64,000 bases of DNA from Octopus sinensis (GCF_006345805.1 NC_043013.1:57722001-57786000), one strand, 5' to 3'. Positions 12,391-25,098 are shown, numbered from the stretch's first letter. Numbers and translations are program-made. Notes: generated by a model from the sequence alone, not told the origin.

Positions 12391-15300
12391 ATGGCTTCGC
12401 TTAACCTTGGTTGTTTAAATGTGCGTGGTCTGAGTTCGAAGTGGAAGCAGGCTTGTTTCCTCGACGACCTCAGATCACATGATATACATGTGATGGTTGC
12501 TACAGAGACCAAGCTGGACAGCCTACAAACCTTCTCGCCTCTCCTGAATGGCTACGAGAAAATCATGTCTCCTGGCCAGACCGGAGGGCGAGGGGGCGTA
12601 GTGGTACTGATCCGTAAAAACTTGGCTCTACAGACAAGTACAGTCTATGTAGACCCAGAAGGTGGGCTAGTCGTCCTTGATGTGACATACAGCAGTAAGG
12701 CCTTCAGGTTGATCGGACTCTATGCACCTTGTGCTAGAGGTTTCCAAACTGATTTTTATCGGTGCCTAGAGGGCTTTCTCGTGACGTCGAAGACTTTAGT
12801 GATATTAGGGTACTTTAATGCTATCGTTGACGTACACATCGATAGCGTTGGCTCGATCTATAGGAAAGTGGTCACGTGTAGACTGGACATAGATAGCACA
12901 CTTAAGATAGGAACCGGCTACTGGAAGCTGAAAAAGTCTATTTTGACACGCGAAGCATACCGTAGCCGGATTAAGGTGTTAGTGCAAAGGGCGTTAACCG
13001 GAGCCGTGGTTAATAACAGGTGGTGGTTCACCCTCAAAAGAGCCATTCGATTCGAGTCCATTAGATTTAGTAAACAACTAAGACTAGATAGGGCTAGAAT
13101 AGAAGGGCAACTAGTTAAGAACTTAGAGGAGGCGTTGAGGTTGGGCTCTGCATCTCACATTTTAGCGGCGAGAACGGCATTAGACCGTCACCTCAAAACC
13201 AAACATGAGGATGTAGAGTCCGGGCTAAAGTACGAGCATTGGGCCGTGAGGGAATTAATGTTGCCGGATGGGCCCGTACGATAGAAACACAGCGTGGAAA
13301 CGATGTCACAATTGGGTCTCTTGTTGATGAAAACGGATGCACGATCAAGAAGCGGGACGAGATGTGTGAGGCACTTCACAAGCACTTCGCCGAGTTGTTC
13401 GGGAGGTGCGGGACGCTGGATCATGGTGAGGCCCTTAGGGACTTCCTGTCTGGTGGCCCGCGCCTCTCGACACGAGAGGCTGAGTGCTGTGAAGGGCCAA
13501 TCACAGCCGAGGAAGTAATCGAGGTGTTGGGCAAGTGCCCCGGGGAGAAGTCGCCGGGTCTCTATGGTCTGCCCTATGAATTTTATAGAAGTATGCCAGA
13601 CTTGTTCGGGCACCTGCTGGCTAGCGTCTACGCCAACTGGCAGCAGAATGGCAGAATTCCCAAGTCTGCGAGCCGGGGGGCGGTGACGTTGATCAGGAAG
13701 GACCCGAACAAGGGGGACGAGATAGGGAACTTCAGGCCCATAACTCTGTTAAACACAGAGTTAAAGATTCTGGCCAAGGTGCTAGCAAAAAGGTTGGCGC
13801 GGGTCGTGGACAAACTTGTCGGGGAAGCGCAAAGGTGCGCTATCCCCAGCAGAACGATCCATGACAATCTCCACCTTATACGCTACTCCTTAGAGAGGGT
13901 GGGGAAGCTTTCTGGCGCAGGGGGAGCACTGGTACATTTAGACCAGTCCAAAGCATTTGATAGGGTCGACCATCGGTACCTGGCGGCGGTCCTCGGAGAG
14001 GCTGGCCAAGGCCCGACCTTTCGAGGTTGGATCGCTGCTTTGTATAGCGACATCGAGTCTGTAGTCAAGGTGAACGGTTCCTTTTCGAAGCCGTTCAGGA
14101 TCGAGCGTTCAGTTCGTCAAGGGTGTCCCCTGTCCTCGCTCCTATACGTATTGGCTCTTGAGCCTTTGCTGCGGAAGTTGGAGGCACTAGGGGGCGCGCC
14201 GCATGATCTATGGTGTGGAAGAGGAGCTACGGCGTATGCGGATGACACCTCCATCATCGTGGCAGACGAAGGCCAGCTTCCAGTGGTGGAAGAGGCCATC
14301 AAAAGCTACGAGGCGGTGGCAGGAGCAAAGGTTAACAAGGACAAGTCGGTCGGTTTGCAACTCGGCACCTGGAGGGGCAAGCCGATGCCGTCCAATAACG
14401 TCGTAGGGCGTTGGACGGAAGGTCCTGTTAAGCTGCTCGGAGTCTGGTTCGGGCCAGACCTCCAGATTGAGAAAAATTGGAGTGAGGTGGCCAACAAGGT
14501 GACCGCTCTAACCCAGACCTGGTCTGGGCGGGCGTTATCCCTGCTAGGAAAGGCAGAGGTGGTGCAGATGTTTATAGCATCAGTAATCACCTACTGTCTG
14601 ACCGTGGTGCCTTGCCCCGATTTGTGGCTGAACAAGTTGGAGAGAATCCTTTTCCGATTTTTGTGGAAAGGAGGAAAGCCACTTGTAAAGCGCTCTGTCT
14701 GCTGCCAGAAACCGCTAAAGGGTGGGCTAGGGATGCCTTGGCTGAGGATGCGAAAACTCGCGTTAAGGTTGAGGCACCTCTGGCTTTACCTGGATGGAGA
14801 GCAGGTGTGGTCGCCGCACGTCCGGTTCTACCTTCCCCAGTTAACATCCCTAAAGCGGAGACCTAAACTGAGTGAATGGCATTTGGAGTGCCGTCAGGCG
14901 CTCCAGCTACTATCTCGGGTGGGCAACGCCGGCAACAGGAGTTCCACCACGGATTTCTATAGCGGGTTAGTGGAGATTAAGTCCGAAGACGCCTTGGGGG
15001 AGACCCTGGGCTACGATGAAAATCAGTTGGTCAACCTATTCCGGAGGACGTTCGGGCCGGGGTGTCTGGATAATTACCAGAAATCCCTGGCCTGGCAGTG
15101 TTTCCGTGCGGCTTTACCTGTTCGCGACAAGCTGTCAAGGCACGGTAGTGCCGTCTCGCCGACATGCCCGCGATGTGAGCAGGATAGGGAGACCGTCTTG
15201 CACGCATTCGTGGAGTTTCCGGAGTTATCGGGACTGATAGCTTTTGTTGAACAACTGTTGTCAGTGATGGGAAGAGTACAGCTATCAGCTGAGTCTATCA

Positions 15301-15566
15301 TCGAGATTGTGCCGCCCCCTTTCCTTAACAGGGAAAGAAAGGCTTGTTTTTTCTGTGTAGTAGCCATACTGAAAGAAACAGTATGGAAGACGCGTACGAA
15401 AGGTATAGTGACAGGCACCTTTGTCTCAGGCCAGGGGTTGATTAACTTTTTTAGTTACCACCTCAGTAGCAAAATCAGGCTGGAGAAGAGGTGTCTGTCA
15501 CGAGATATGTTTGTGAAAAGATGGAAGCCTGTGGCATACAAGATGGGTATGTTTGGCACCAGGTAA
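12391..15566 (+). pseudogene. Tx1-type ORF2 (APE endonuclease, reverse transcriptase, degenerate C-terminal zinc finger); frameshifted and internally deleted
   Basis: LNVRGL, ATETKL, GYFNA; RT motifs NFRPITLLNTELKILAKVLAKRL, LDQSKAFDRVDH, VRQGCPLS, AYADD; CPRC...HAFVEF. Frameshift near 13200-13240. Confidence 0.92.
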
Positions 15567-15794
15567 GTGTGACCGGATCAGAAAGTAAAGGTTCTACCCG
15601 GATGGCTGGGTGTCCGTCCTTCGACATGATCATTAATATCTTTAAACATTGCCTTCGTAAAATTCATTGTTTATAATCTTATCCGTAATTTCATTCGAAA
15701 ATTGTAACTGTGTTAAGCTACTTCACCCTTTATATTTGTCTGTCCTTGTTTGTCCCCTCTTTGTAAATGCCTAAATGGCAAATTATATGAAATA

Positions 15795-15935
15795 AAGTAG
15801 CTTGCTAACCAACCACATGGTTCCGGGTTCAGTCCCACTGCGTGGCATCTTGGGCAAGTGTCTTCTGCTATAGCCCCGGGCCGACCAATGCCTTGTGAGT
15901 GGATTTGGTAGACAGAAACTGAAAGAAGCCTGTCG

Positions 15936-16020
<85 letters not shown>

Positions 16021-16118
16021 TTGTGTGTCTGTGTTTGTCCCCCTAGCATTGCTCGACTAAAGGCGGTGCTCCAGCATCGCCGCAGTCAAATGACTGAAAC
16101 AAATAAAAGAGTAAAGAG
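15795..16118 (+). mobile_element. OK-type SINE 3' part (B box, core, microsatellite, double-hairpin tail)
   Basis: AACCACATGGTTCCGGGTTCAGTCCC...GGCGGTGCTCCAGCATCGCCGCAGTCAAATGACTGAAAC-AAATAAAAGAG. Confidence 0.88.
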
Positions 16119-17907
16119 TTGCATATCTTTAAAATAACAAAGAGTATTGAACTGGTTTACTCGTATTATATAAATAAATTTCCGATGGGAATATTTTGTT
16201 TTCTGTTGCATATCCGATAAAAGTTAACCGAAAGAATAATCTGTTCTCGGTCAGATACATTTAGTAACAGTTCCGAAGTTATTTAACGGAAATTTGATCT
16301 AAGTTATTCCGTTGGTGGCAATCCCTTCTTTTATACAGCCAATATACATAGGTTTACCTCAGCCAAAAAGTCTATTTTTTTCGAAACGTCAAAGCGTAGA
16401 ATGAGGCCGATTTGGCTATCATTTCGGTGAGAGTCCGTTTCGTCGGTCCGACAGAAGAAATTGGAGCGTGGAACTGCATTCCATAGTGGTAATAATAAGG
16501 ATCATTTGAACTCGTGGCAGTCTAAAATCTGTCACATAGATCTGTCTTCTACTTCGTCTCAACAAAATTGATGAAGAAATTTAAATGATGATTTTGCAAA
16601 AGTTTCATTTAACACTAAAACACTGAAGAATTTACAATTATTTAGAAATTAGTTCTGACTATGAATTAGAGAAAGTAATTAAGTAAAAATTCAAATTATT
16701 AAATTGTAAAATAAGATTGATAAATATTTTGAACAGTTAATAAAAAAAAAAGCAACAAGAACACAATTTAATCACACACATGTAAGAACAAGAATCTGTA
16801 TTGAATTGCAATAACTTAAAGATTCTCAACTGAATATTGAAAACAAAAACAGAAAAAAAGATAATGAAACGAAGAAATTGTATTACTTTGACTAAAGTGC
16901 TGAATCAATAAGACTTCTTCTTAGTAAATAAACTGAGAAATCAATCTGAATAGCAGTTATTTGAAAAAAGTTAAATTTTCAATGAAATGTCTGCGAAACG
17001 TACAAAAATACAGAATTAAATATATGAATACATAAAGGTAACAAAGTAGAAAATGTTGAAAGAAAAGAAAAAGGAGACGGAGTAGATGATAAGGTATTGA
17101 AAGAAGAAGAAATAGAAGATGCTGTAGAACAAGAAGGTGATAAAGAGGAAGAAGTGGTGGTAAAACGAGACGAAATAGAGGATGAAGTAGACAAAAAGAA
17201 TAAAAAGATAAAGAAGTAGAAAATAAATATTATTTAATGTTATCTAGAAAATAAACGAAGTTGCTCAAAATTTGTAAAGCATTGAAACACCAACAGCAAC
17301 AACAAATAAGAGAAAATTAGGAGAAAAAATATTGAAAAAAAGTGCCACATTTATATCTAATGACCCTCAATAAATGTATAAGAATCGATGAAAGGTGTGC
17401 ATAAATTGAACATATCAGATTTAATATCTAAATACTGTGTTTAATAGAATGCTCATACATTTTTCTAAATTGGGATCTGGGTAAGGAAGAATGTTAGTTT
17501 TTGAATTGTAGAGGGTGGAAGTTATTAATATCTGCTCAGTAAATTCGAAAACCTAACAACTATCAGAGAGTTAATGTATCTCGGCTATAACTCCTCACCA
17601 CAATTGTGTGACCAACAACAAATCTACAGAATCGATCAGAATTAGCTTTTACATTTTGAAGTTATTGATTAATATTACTGGATGAGAAATGTAATATTCA
17701 ATCATATATATATATATATATATAAGATAATCTTTATATCCTATTTAACGTGGATGTCTTGTTAGAACACCGAATACTGCATTGTTAGCCTTTAAGGATC
17801 CTTTTATGTAGGTGCTTCGTACATGAAAGCACACACGTAGATCGTAGTACACGATTCTGCCAGCTCGTTACTCGACTTGCTTTTAATATTAACAGACCAC
17901 TTGTGTC

Positions 17908-17977
17908 GGCGAGCTGGCTGGATCGTTAATATGACGGGGAAAATACTTAGCGGCATTTCCTCCGTCTTTACTCTCAG
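17908..17977 (+). mobile_element. SINE 5' head fragment (same family as 57078-57309)
   Basis: GGCGAGCTGGCTGGATCGTTA...AAATACTTAGCGGCATTTC resembles the head of the full copy at 57309. Confidence 0.6.
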
Positions 17978-18720
17978 CTTTTCATCCTTATATTGTTCTG
18001 TATAAGCTGTAATAAAGTGGTACTTAACCATCGTTTGTTATTTATTTGTTCATAATGCACCACACTAGAATTCCGACCAGTGAGAGACGCTAGAGTGTAT
18101 CAGATACCGTATGGTCAATACAACGTATACTTTTCGATTAGCCAATAAGCTATTAAAATACACATAAGGGTCTGTATACATAACCTGATTATTTCACTGG
18201 ATGTACTTCAATACCAATGAGATTTATTCAACTAGAGGTGCTGTTTATTTAAATACCTGATTCATTCTAATCCTTAATATTTGATATGTATGCATATATG
18301 TGCGTGTGTGTGTGTGTATACCCCTTCAATACCGGCCCAGCACCTTTGTCCCTATAACAACTATTTTGACCAACTTCTCACCCCTTCATCTCTCATTCCT
18401 CTCTACATAACTTACTAATTTCCGCCAACCACTAAACCAGTCAATTTATTTCTCTCAAACAATAGCCATTCCTATTTTCAATATGCCAACCATTAAATTT
18501 ATAGACTTTATACAAAATAATACAATCGTTAACATTCACATAGCACCTAAACCACCCTTCGTGCTTTCTTCTACTTCTGCTACTAGCCTCATTAATAACC
18601 CCTAACCCTGAAGTTTATTTTATCCTCCCACTATCTAATTACCCCCCGAATCCTCATTCCAATACAAAATATCATTCCATTTTTAAGCTCCTTTCTGTCA
18701 ACACCTACTGTAAACTTCTT

Positions 18721-18810
18721 CCCTGAAGAAGGAGGCTGGTACAATCCGATGATGGAATCGATTTACAATCATTACTTTGGACCACCAAGCCCCCAGAAAC
18801 AGCTGTTGAA
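18721..18810 (+). ncRNA. Degenerate type I hammerhead ribozyme motif
   Basis: CTGAAGA at 18723-18729, stem II GGAGGCTGGT/ACCAAGCCCCC, GAAA at 18796-18799, palindromic stem III ACAGCTGT, GTT triplet; stem I is poor. Confidence 0.55.
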
Positions 18811-19079
18811 CTCGTAAAACTCTTATTCAACTCCTTTAATTCCTGATATCATTTATATCCTATGTAAGTCGGACCTTTGTTTTATATTTAAACGTATGTA
18901 CATTTTTTGTATGAAGTGTATTTAATATTTTTGTATATCGATTTGCATAAATTGCTTGTCCTTACATTTAGTCCTCTACGTGCACAAGTTTAAATCTCTT
19001 TAGCCCCATGAAGTATATTATACATGGAAAATCTCTCTCTCTATATATATATATATGTGTGTGTGTGTGGACACACCCA

Positions 19080-20316
19080 CACGGTGCGTAAGGTATTTGA
19101 GGATATACCATTTTTGGGTCATTGCTGCAATTTTTGCTAACTCTGTATAATCTTTGTTTCAGAAAATAATAATGGCAGACCCTCGGTTTACTCAAGAAAT
19201 GAAGAGGCATGCTATTATTGTGGTTATAAAGGCTGAGTATAACGATTTAGAAATATCTTTATTTTTAAAAGTTGCTAGATCTTTCGTCTACAAAGTTTGA
19301 AGGAGTTAGAGACTAAAGATGGAAACATATCACCAGTATCAAAGCATAGAAAGCATTCTAAACGCTTTGAAAACATCGGAATACTTGAATTTATTCAGCA
19401 AACAACAACCATCAATTACAATCTCAGAAGGTCAATTGCAAAAGCTTTCTATGTATCAAAAGGAACAGTCAGAAATGTTGTCCACAAAGACATCTGATAT
19501 AAGTGTTATATGATGAGGAAAGGTCAAATTGTCAGAAAAACCAAAAGAAAATCACTACATCAGATCTAAAAGGCGCTTAAACACAAAAAATCCAGCAGAA
19601 GATTGATTTAATTTTTCTCAAACGCGAAAAACTTCGACCAAAATCAAAAAGTTAACAAAAGAAATAACAGATGGTTATGTGCAGATCGTTCTGAAGTTTT
19701 AAGTGTTATGTATAAAACATTCTCTGCAACCGTCATGGTTTTAGGGGTTGTCAGCAATGAAGGACACGTGATATCCTTCTTACTTCTTTCCACAGGCCTT
19801 AGAGTTAACTCTGCCGCCTACATTGAGGTCCTGGAAACAATTGTTAAGCCCTGGATAGACACTGTATGTCATGGAAGGCCATATGTGTTTCAGTAAGACA
19901 CTGCACTATCACACATGGGTCTAGTAACACAGGAATGGATGGTTGAAAATTTTCATTATCACATAACCCCTAACATTTGGCCTCCTAATTCCCCAGCTCT
20001 CAATCCATTGGACTATTACATGTGGAGCGTTGTTGAGAGAAAGGTCAATGAACACGCCCATAACACCAAAGATTCTTTGAAAGCTGCCATAGTCGGAGTA
20101 ATGTCCAAAAGGAAGCAGGACTACTTGATTCGAGCATGTACATGATTTAGATCTCATGGAAATCATTGTTGAAGCTGAAGGTGGCTTATTGAATAACATT
20201 ATAGAAAAGAATGTTTATTTTTATGGTGAAAGCATGTTTTGATAAAGTCATCTGTAATTATATAACCGGTTTTTTTTATAAACGTAAATCTGTCCTCAAA
20301 TATCCTATGCACCCTG
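19080..20316 (+). mobile_element. Tc1/mariner (maT/DD37D-like) DNA transposon, decayed
   Basis: 24-bp TIRs, 20/24 match (CACGGTGCGTAAGGTATTTGAGGA vs CAGGGTGCATAGGATATTTGAGGA); transposase fragments VMVLGVVSNEG, RPYVFQ*D, WPPNSPALNPLDY. Confidence 0.88.
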
Positions 20317-20646
20317 TGTGTATATATAATATATATATATATACATATTTGTATATATGTGTGTTGTTGTGTGTACATATACAACAGTAACTATATAATA
20401 ATTATATATCATAACATGCATACTCCGATTAAAGCGATATATTCTAAGCAGTTGACTAGTAGCCCTACTGGTCATATGGCAACTGATACACTCCAGCGTG
20501 TCCGACGGGTCGGGATTCTAGTGAGGTGTATTATGAACATATGAATAACAAGCGACGGATAAGTGTCACTTCATTACAACTGTTTCCAACGGATTTTATT
20601 AATGGATTAAATGAGTACATTACTGCCTGGTTTGTTTACAAACATT

Positions 20647-20723
<77 letters not shown>

Positions 20724-21063
20724 TCCCACTGCAGAATGTTTAACGTAATATACAAATGCATTGCCCACAACATATATAATTCGGATCCATTTTGTTTCAT
20801 CCGTAAAATGAGACTCAATTTTGGTGTATCGATGAAACTCTGAATTTTGACTACAATCAACCAATTATTTTATCACATAAATTAAAGAATCTGATGTTAT
20901 TTGGAATTGAAGTTGCGAAATTGGGGTAATTTTAGCCAATCGACAGACAGCGCAGCATGAACCAGCTTGTTACCATGACAACCACACGTTGTGCTTCACT
21001 TGACCTGCATATGGTGTTGATTCTTCTGTGTGTGTGTGTGTGTGTGTGTGTAAGTGGAATTCA

Positions 21064-21318
21064 TGTAGCTTAGTGGTTAGATCGTTGGTTTAATTCCCAG
21101 AGCAGGCGGCGTGTTGTATTCTTGAGCAAAACCCTTAATTTCACGTTGCTGCAGACCAATCTGCTGAAACCTTACAATGGATAAACCTTACGATCGGTGA
21201 TAATGCTGGCCTACTCGCCTACCCAGCGGGCGTGGAGGGAGGCATCATTCAAAGCTAGAGCAATGCGAAGAGCATTGTGACCAGCGGTGTATAACAACAT
21301 CCGGTGTTCTGTTACTTG
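21064..21318 (+). mobile_element. tRNA-derived SINE with CORE-like central block
   Basis: GTAGCTTAGTGGTTAG head followed by TTCTTGAGCAAAACCCTTAATTTCACGTTGCT. Confidence 0.6.
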
Positions 21319-22964
21319 CTCCAGTCATTAGATTGAGGCCATGCTGAAGCCACGCTTTGAAAACCTTTAATTGAATGAATGGATACCAGTGCTTACTTGT
21401 TTGTGTGTGTGTGTGTGTGTGTAATTTGAAAGTAGTACCCTGATCCATTACAAAATGAAGTAGATTTTGATCATATTGTGCTGCTATTTCTAGCATAACC
21501 AATGTCGATATGAATGCACTTTGTTTCTTCCTTGGTATTTTAGTGTTTTTCTTGTTGATTGAAAGGCTTCTGTTTAGACACAAGTCAACGAAACTATGAT
21601 TAAAATTTTATCCATAACTGATTACACCATTTATTTGTGTATCTAATTATCCATTTCTATTTTGAAGTAGTAAGCCGTAATTTTAATGATATTTGACTGT
21701 TATTTCTCGCACGTCTAGGATCACGTAGGCACTGCTTAATCGCAGCGGCGAGTTGGTAGGTTGACTTGATGGCCACATTGTCGACGATATATTAACCAAT
21801 GTAACACGTTGCCATGGCAGGGAAATCGAAGCCTGAACATAATGTTTTGTGGCATTAAGTCAAGTTCTTCGCGTTCTTACGGCAGGCTCAGTGACTGCGA
21901 TGATATTGATTCCAAGCCATAACAGCAGCCCAACCCCCTTGAATGTCATTTGGACAGCATCAGTGGCGTGGAGCGGGCAGGTAGCTGTGGAGGGGCAACG
22001 GTTGATATTTGTTTTCGAAATACACGTTATCAGGCCTGCACATACAAATGCAGACACTTGGTCCACATGAACAGCGGCAGAGAACGGCTTGAATTGTTAA
22101 TCTGAAGCGTCAGATGCGTATTATCCCATGGACAAAATATTTAACAGTAATAACCTTGCTTCCTATCGTGATTTTATTTTAGATTTCTCATCATCCTGCA
22201 CTGACGCCAAATATAAGAACAATGGCGATATATTATATTGATAGAAATGTTTCTCTCACTTTTCTTCACAATCTTCTATACTAATGGAGACTGCCCGTAA
22301 ATATGAGTTCCGTAGTTTATTTGGTTAACCGAAGATTCTTACTTTTTCCTTCCGGGTCTTTCAGTGGAAGAGTATGAGATGGATATATACTGTAACAACA
22401 ATGTGTTATTGCGTAAATTTGAAAACATTCTACGCCCTGCTGGCACGGAAAGGGTTATAAATCAGGAAGAAGGGAAGCACAGAATCTGAATTTTACAAGT
22501 GATATATTGTAAGACAGCAATACTGAAGAATTGTATGATATTAAATAGATAAAACAGCAAGAAGACAATTATCAAAGAAGTAAAACTATTAGATGAAATG
22601 AAACAGATCGTCGGCGAGGGAGTCTCTTTGCAGCCATGATTCAGATAGAAATCACACACACCCATCTCCCTAAATCAAACACCACCATCTTAAAAATAGG
22701 AAAATTATCATGTCTTTCGTAATCCCTACAAATCTATGTAAATACAGATAAATTGTTTTTTTTCTGTTACTGTTTTATCCCTTAGTCTAAGAAAATGACT
22801 AAGAAAATTGTAGACAAAGACAGTTGTAGAGACATGTAGCACGAAGACATGTCATTTTGGGAATGGAAAAGTGGTAGCTTTGTGTATCATTATCAAGATA
22901 AATACATATATGTAGAAATGTATGCCATCATGTCATCAAAATTATATCCATTTACATCATCAAG

Positions 22965-23042
22965 ACAGCAAACAGTAACAAGTTACACGGCCGAGAAATG
23001 TAATATGCTGCGCTGCATACTAAATAACAGCAGTGATATATG
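22965..23042 (+). CDS. Candidate exon (...QQTVTSYTAEKCNMLRCILNNSSDI)
   Basis: ATG|GTATGT donor in phase 2, compatible with the exon at 23352. The acceptor position is uncertain. Confidence 0.3.
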
Positions 23043-23351
23043 GTATGTACCATTAAAACATACAATTGTAGATATTTATAGCTTCAACATTATAAATGAG
23101 CACCATAAACAGAACTCTATCTCAGCAGTTTCATAAGTCATAAAAATTTGCTCTTTCTTTCTTTTTCTTTGATTTGGTTTCACTTTGCATTGCTTTTTAT
23201 TTCGTTTCGCTGCTTGATAAAGTTTGGGTTGCAGAATTATTCAAGATCAAATATTTGAATAATAACAGAGACACAAACTTTCTCTTATTCCCCGAATATC
23301 TGTTTTCTTCTTTGGGTTATGTTCTCTCTCGTTGCTTTTTCTATTGTCCAG

Positions 23352-23478
23352 CAATATGAATAGTGAAAAATTGTTAAAGTTCAAGAGAATGTTGTATAAT
23401 TTCATAAATTCTAAAGAAGAGGAAATGGCATTGTCAAGAATACAAACCACAGATGACAAGTTGGAACAATTTTGTCTG
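23352..23478 (+). CDS. Candidate exon (CNMNSEKLLKFKRMLYNFINSKEEEMALSRIQTTDDKLEQFCL)
   Basis: Strong polypyrimidine acceptor ttgctttttctattgtccAG, single open frame, CTG|GTAACA donor (or a stop 24 nt further on). Confidence 0.4.
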
Positions 23479-23599
23479 GTAACATTGAAAGTGATAGCTA
23501 AATGACTAAGTCAGGCGCAGACACCGTCGCACTTACTCTCACACATATTCCCGCAAACACATAGTCAGACACACAGATATTTATTTTTGTGAGTGGACG

Positions 23600-23698
<99 letters not shown>

Positions 23699-24353
23699 AT
23701 CTCTATACACACACATATTCCCGATATAAGCACGCAGAATCTCATAAAGTCGCATCTACAAATGCACACAGCATACATTGTCTCATGCACGAACGGAAGT
23801 TCGCATCAGTGCATACAAAGGTAAGTGATGACTATATACTCATACACAGCCGCATAGGCAAATACTTGCTCTCCCGCCCACACTTTTAAACCTACAGGTT
23901 AATTCTTACAAATATATGCACACGACTATGTACACATGCACATATTTGACAGTTAAAGGTGTGTATAGCTCACATAAACGTTTGCCTGCAACTATGCATA
24001 GGAACCATCTAAATAAAGAAATAGGAATATACAGAAAATCATCATATATAACATATTCACATCAATTTGGTGAATAAGCATTAACGCTTAGAGATATACA
24101 CACAAGAAGATCTTTGTTGAACTGAAAGAGAAAGGGGTAAGACGAGAAAATGAAAAGAAAATGAGAGAGAGAGAGATTAAAAGAGTAAATGTGTATAACC
24201 AGTCAACTTTAGGAAGCCTGCAATCTGGAGACTGAGCATGCTATTAATGAAAACAAGGTGAAGTTTAATAAGTTTTAATTGAAATCAGTTTCTAGAAATA
24301 GTCAAGTGACTGTGATGCGTGGGTTAAGTTGTTGTATAGGAGATTTATTTTAG

Positions 24354-24455
24354 GCTGTTACAAATTTATTAGTATGCTATACAATGAGAGCGATTCGTTG
24401 GAGACTTCAGGTCCATATGACAGGAATTTTTTCAGTGGATGTTACCTTCTAAATG
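24354..24455 (+). CDS. Candidate exon (GCYKFISMLYNESDSLETSGPYDRNFFSGCYLLNG)
   Basis: ttattttAG acceptor, G|GTGAGG donor, 102 nt, phase 1 at both ends; shares KFxxMLYNxxxS with the 23352 exon. Confidence 0.35.
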
Positions 24456-24574
24456 GTGAGGTATTTTTGTCAATGAATAATTACTGAAATTTCACGGAAT
24501 GCACTGAGAGCTAAATGACTAAGACAGGCGCAGACACAGTCGCCCTTACTCTCACACATATCCAGGATTCTGTC

Positions 24575-24658
<84 letters not shown>

Positions 24659-24850
24659 ATATATAATATATATTATATATATATTATATATATATATATA
24701 TATTTATAATAAGTGTAGGTGGTATATGAGCGGGTATATATTTATAAAAAAGAAGTTTGAAAACGCCACTATATAAGATAAATTTTGATTTTCTTAGAAA
24801 ATATAAATTTATATAGTACCGTTTTCAAACTTTTTAATAAATATATATAT

Positions 24851-24902
<52 letters not shown>

Positions 24903-25042
24903 CAAAATTAATAGGAGTCACAAAAGTAATGGAGGGTGTTGACTAGCATCGCTTATAATAAAATATGAGTTAAATTAACTCCAAAGCCACTAAAGCACTA
25001 CACTTAATAACTAGCGAAGGGAGGTAAGTCCTTAATGTATGT

Positions 25043-25098
25043 AGCCATATCGCGATTTCAAATCTTGGTGTAGACCACCTTAATTCTCATCAGCGGCT
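25043..25098 (-). ncRNA. Type I hammerhead ribozyme motif
   Basis: Minus strand: stem I AGCCG/TGGCT, CTGATGA, stem II GAATT..GGTG-GTCTA-CACC..GATTT, GAAA, palindromic stem III ATCGCGAT, ATA triplet. Confidence 0.72.

Larger units (their letters stand above)
10581..15794 (+). mobile_element. Full-length Tx1/L1-type non-LTR retrotransposon (inactive copy)
   Basis: 5'UTR, ORF1 with CCHC knuckle, ORF2 with APE and RT, 3'UTR ending in AATAAA. TSD AAGTAGCT(T)TGCTAACC at 10564-10580 and 15795-15810. Confidence 0.92.

Noticed and set aside
10987-15418. Antisense and alternate-frame ORFs inside the Tx1 (and likewise in LINEs A and B)
   Set aside because: Shadows of the real ORFs with no motifs of their own.
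16600-17220. Lys/Glu-rich coding-like stretch
   Set aside because: Many stops, low complexity, no motif.
1277-18031. Peptide FITAYTE in both ORF 1166-1384 (+) and ORF 17804-18031 (-), differing only at third positions
   Set aside because: Only 7 residues with no flanking similarity; in the first case it overlaps a likely splice acceptor. Most likely chance.
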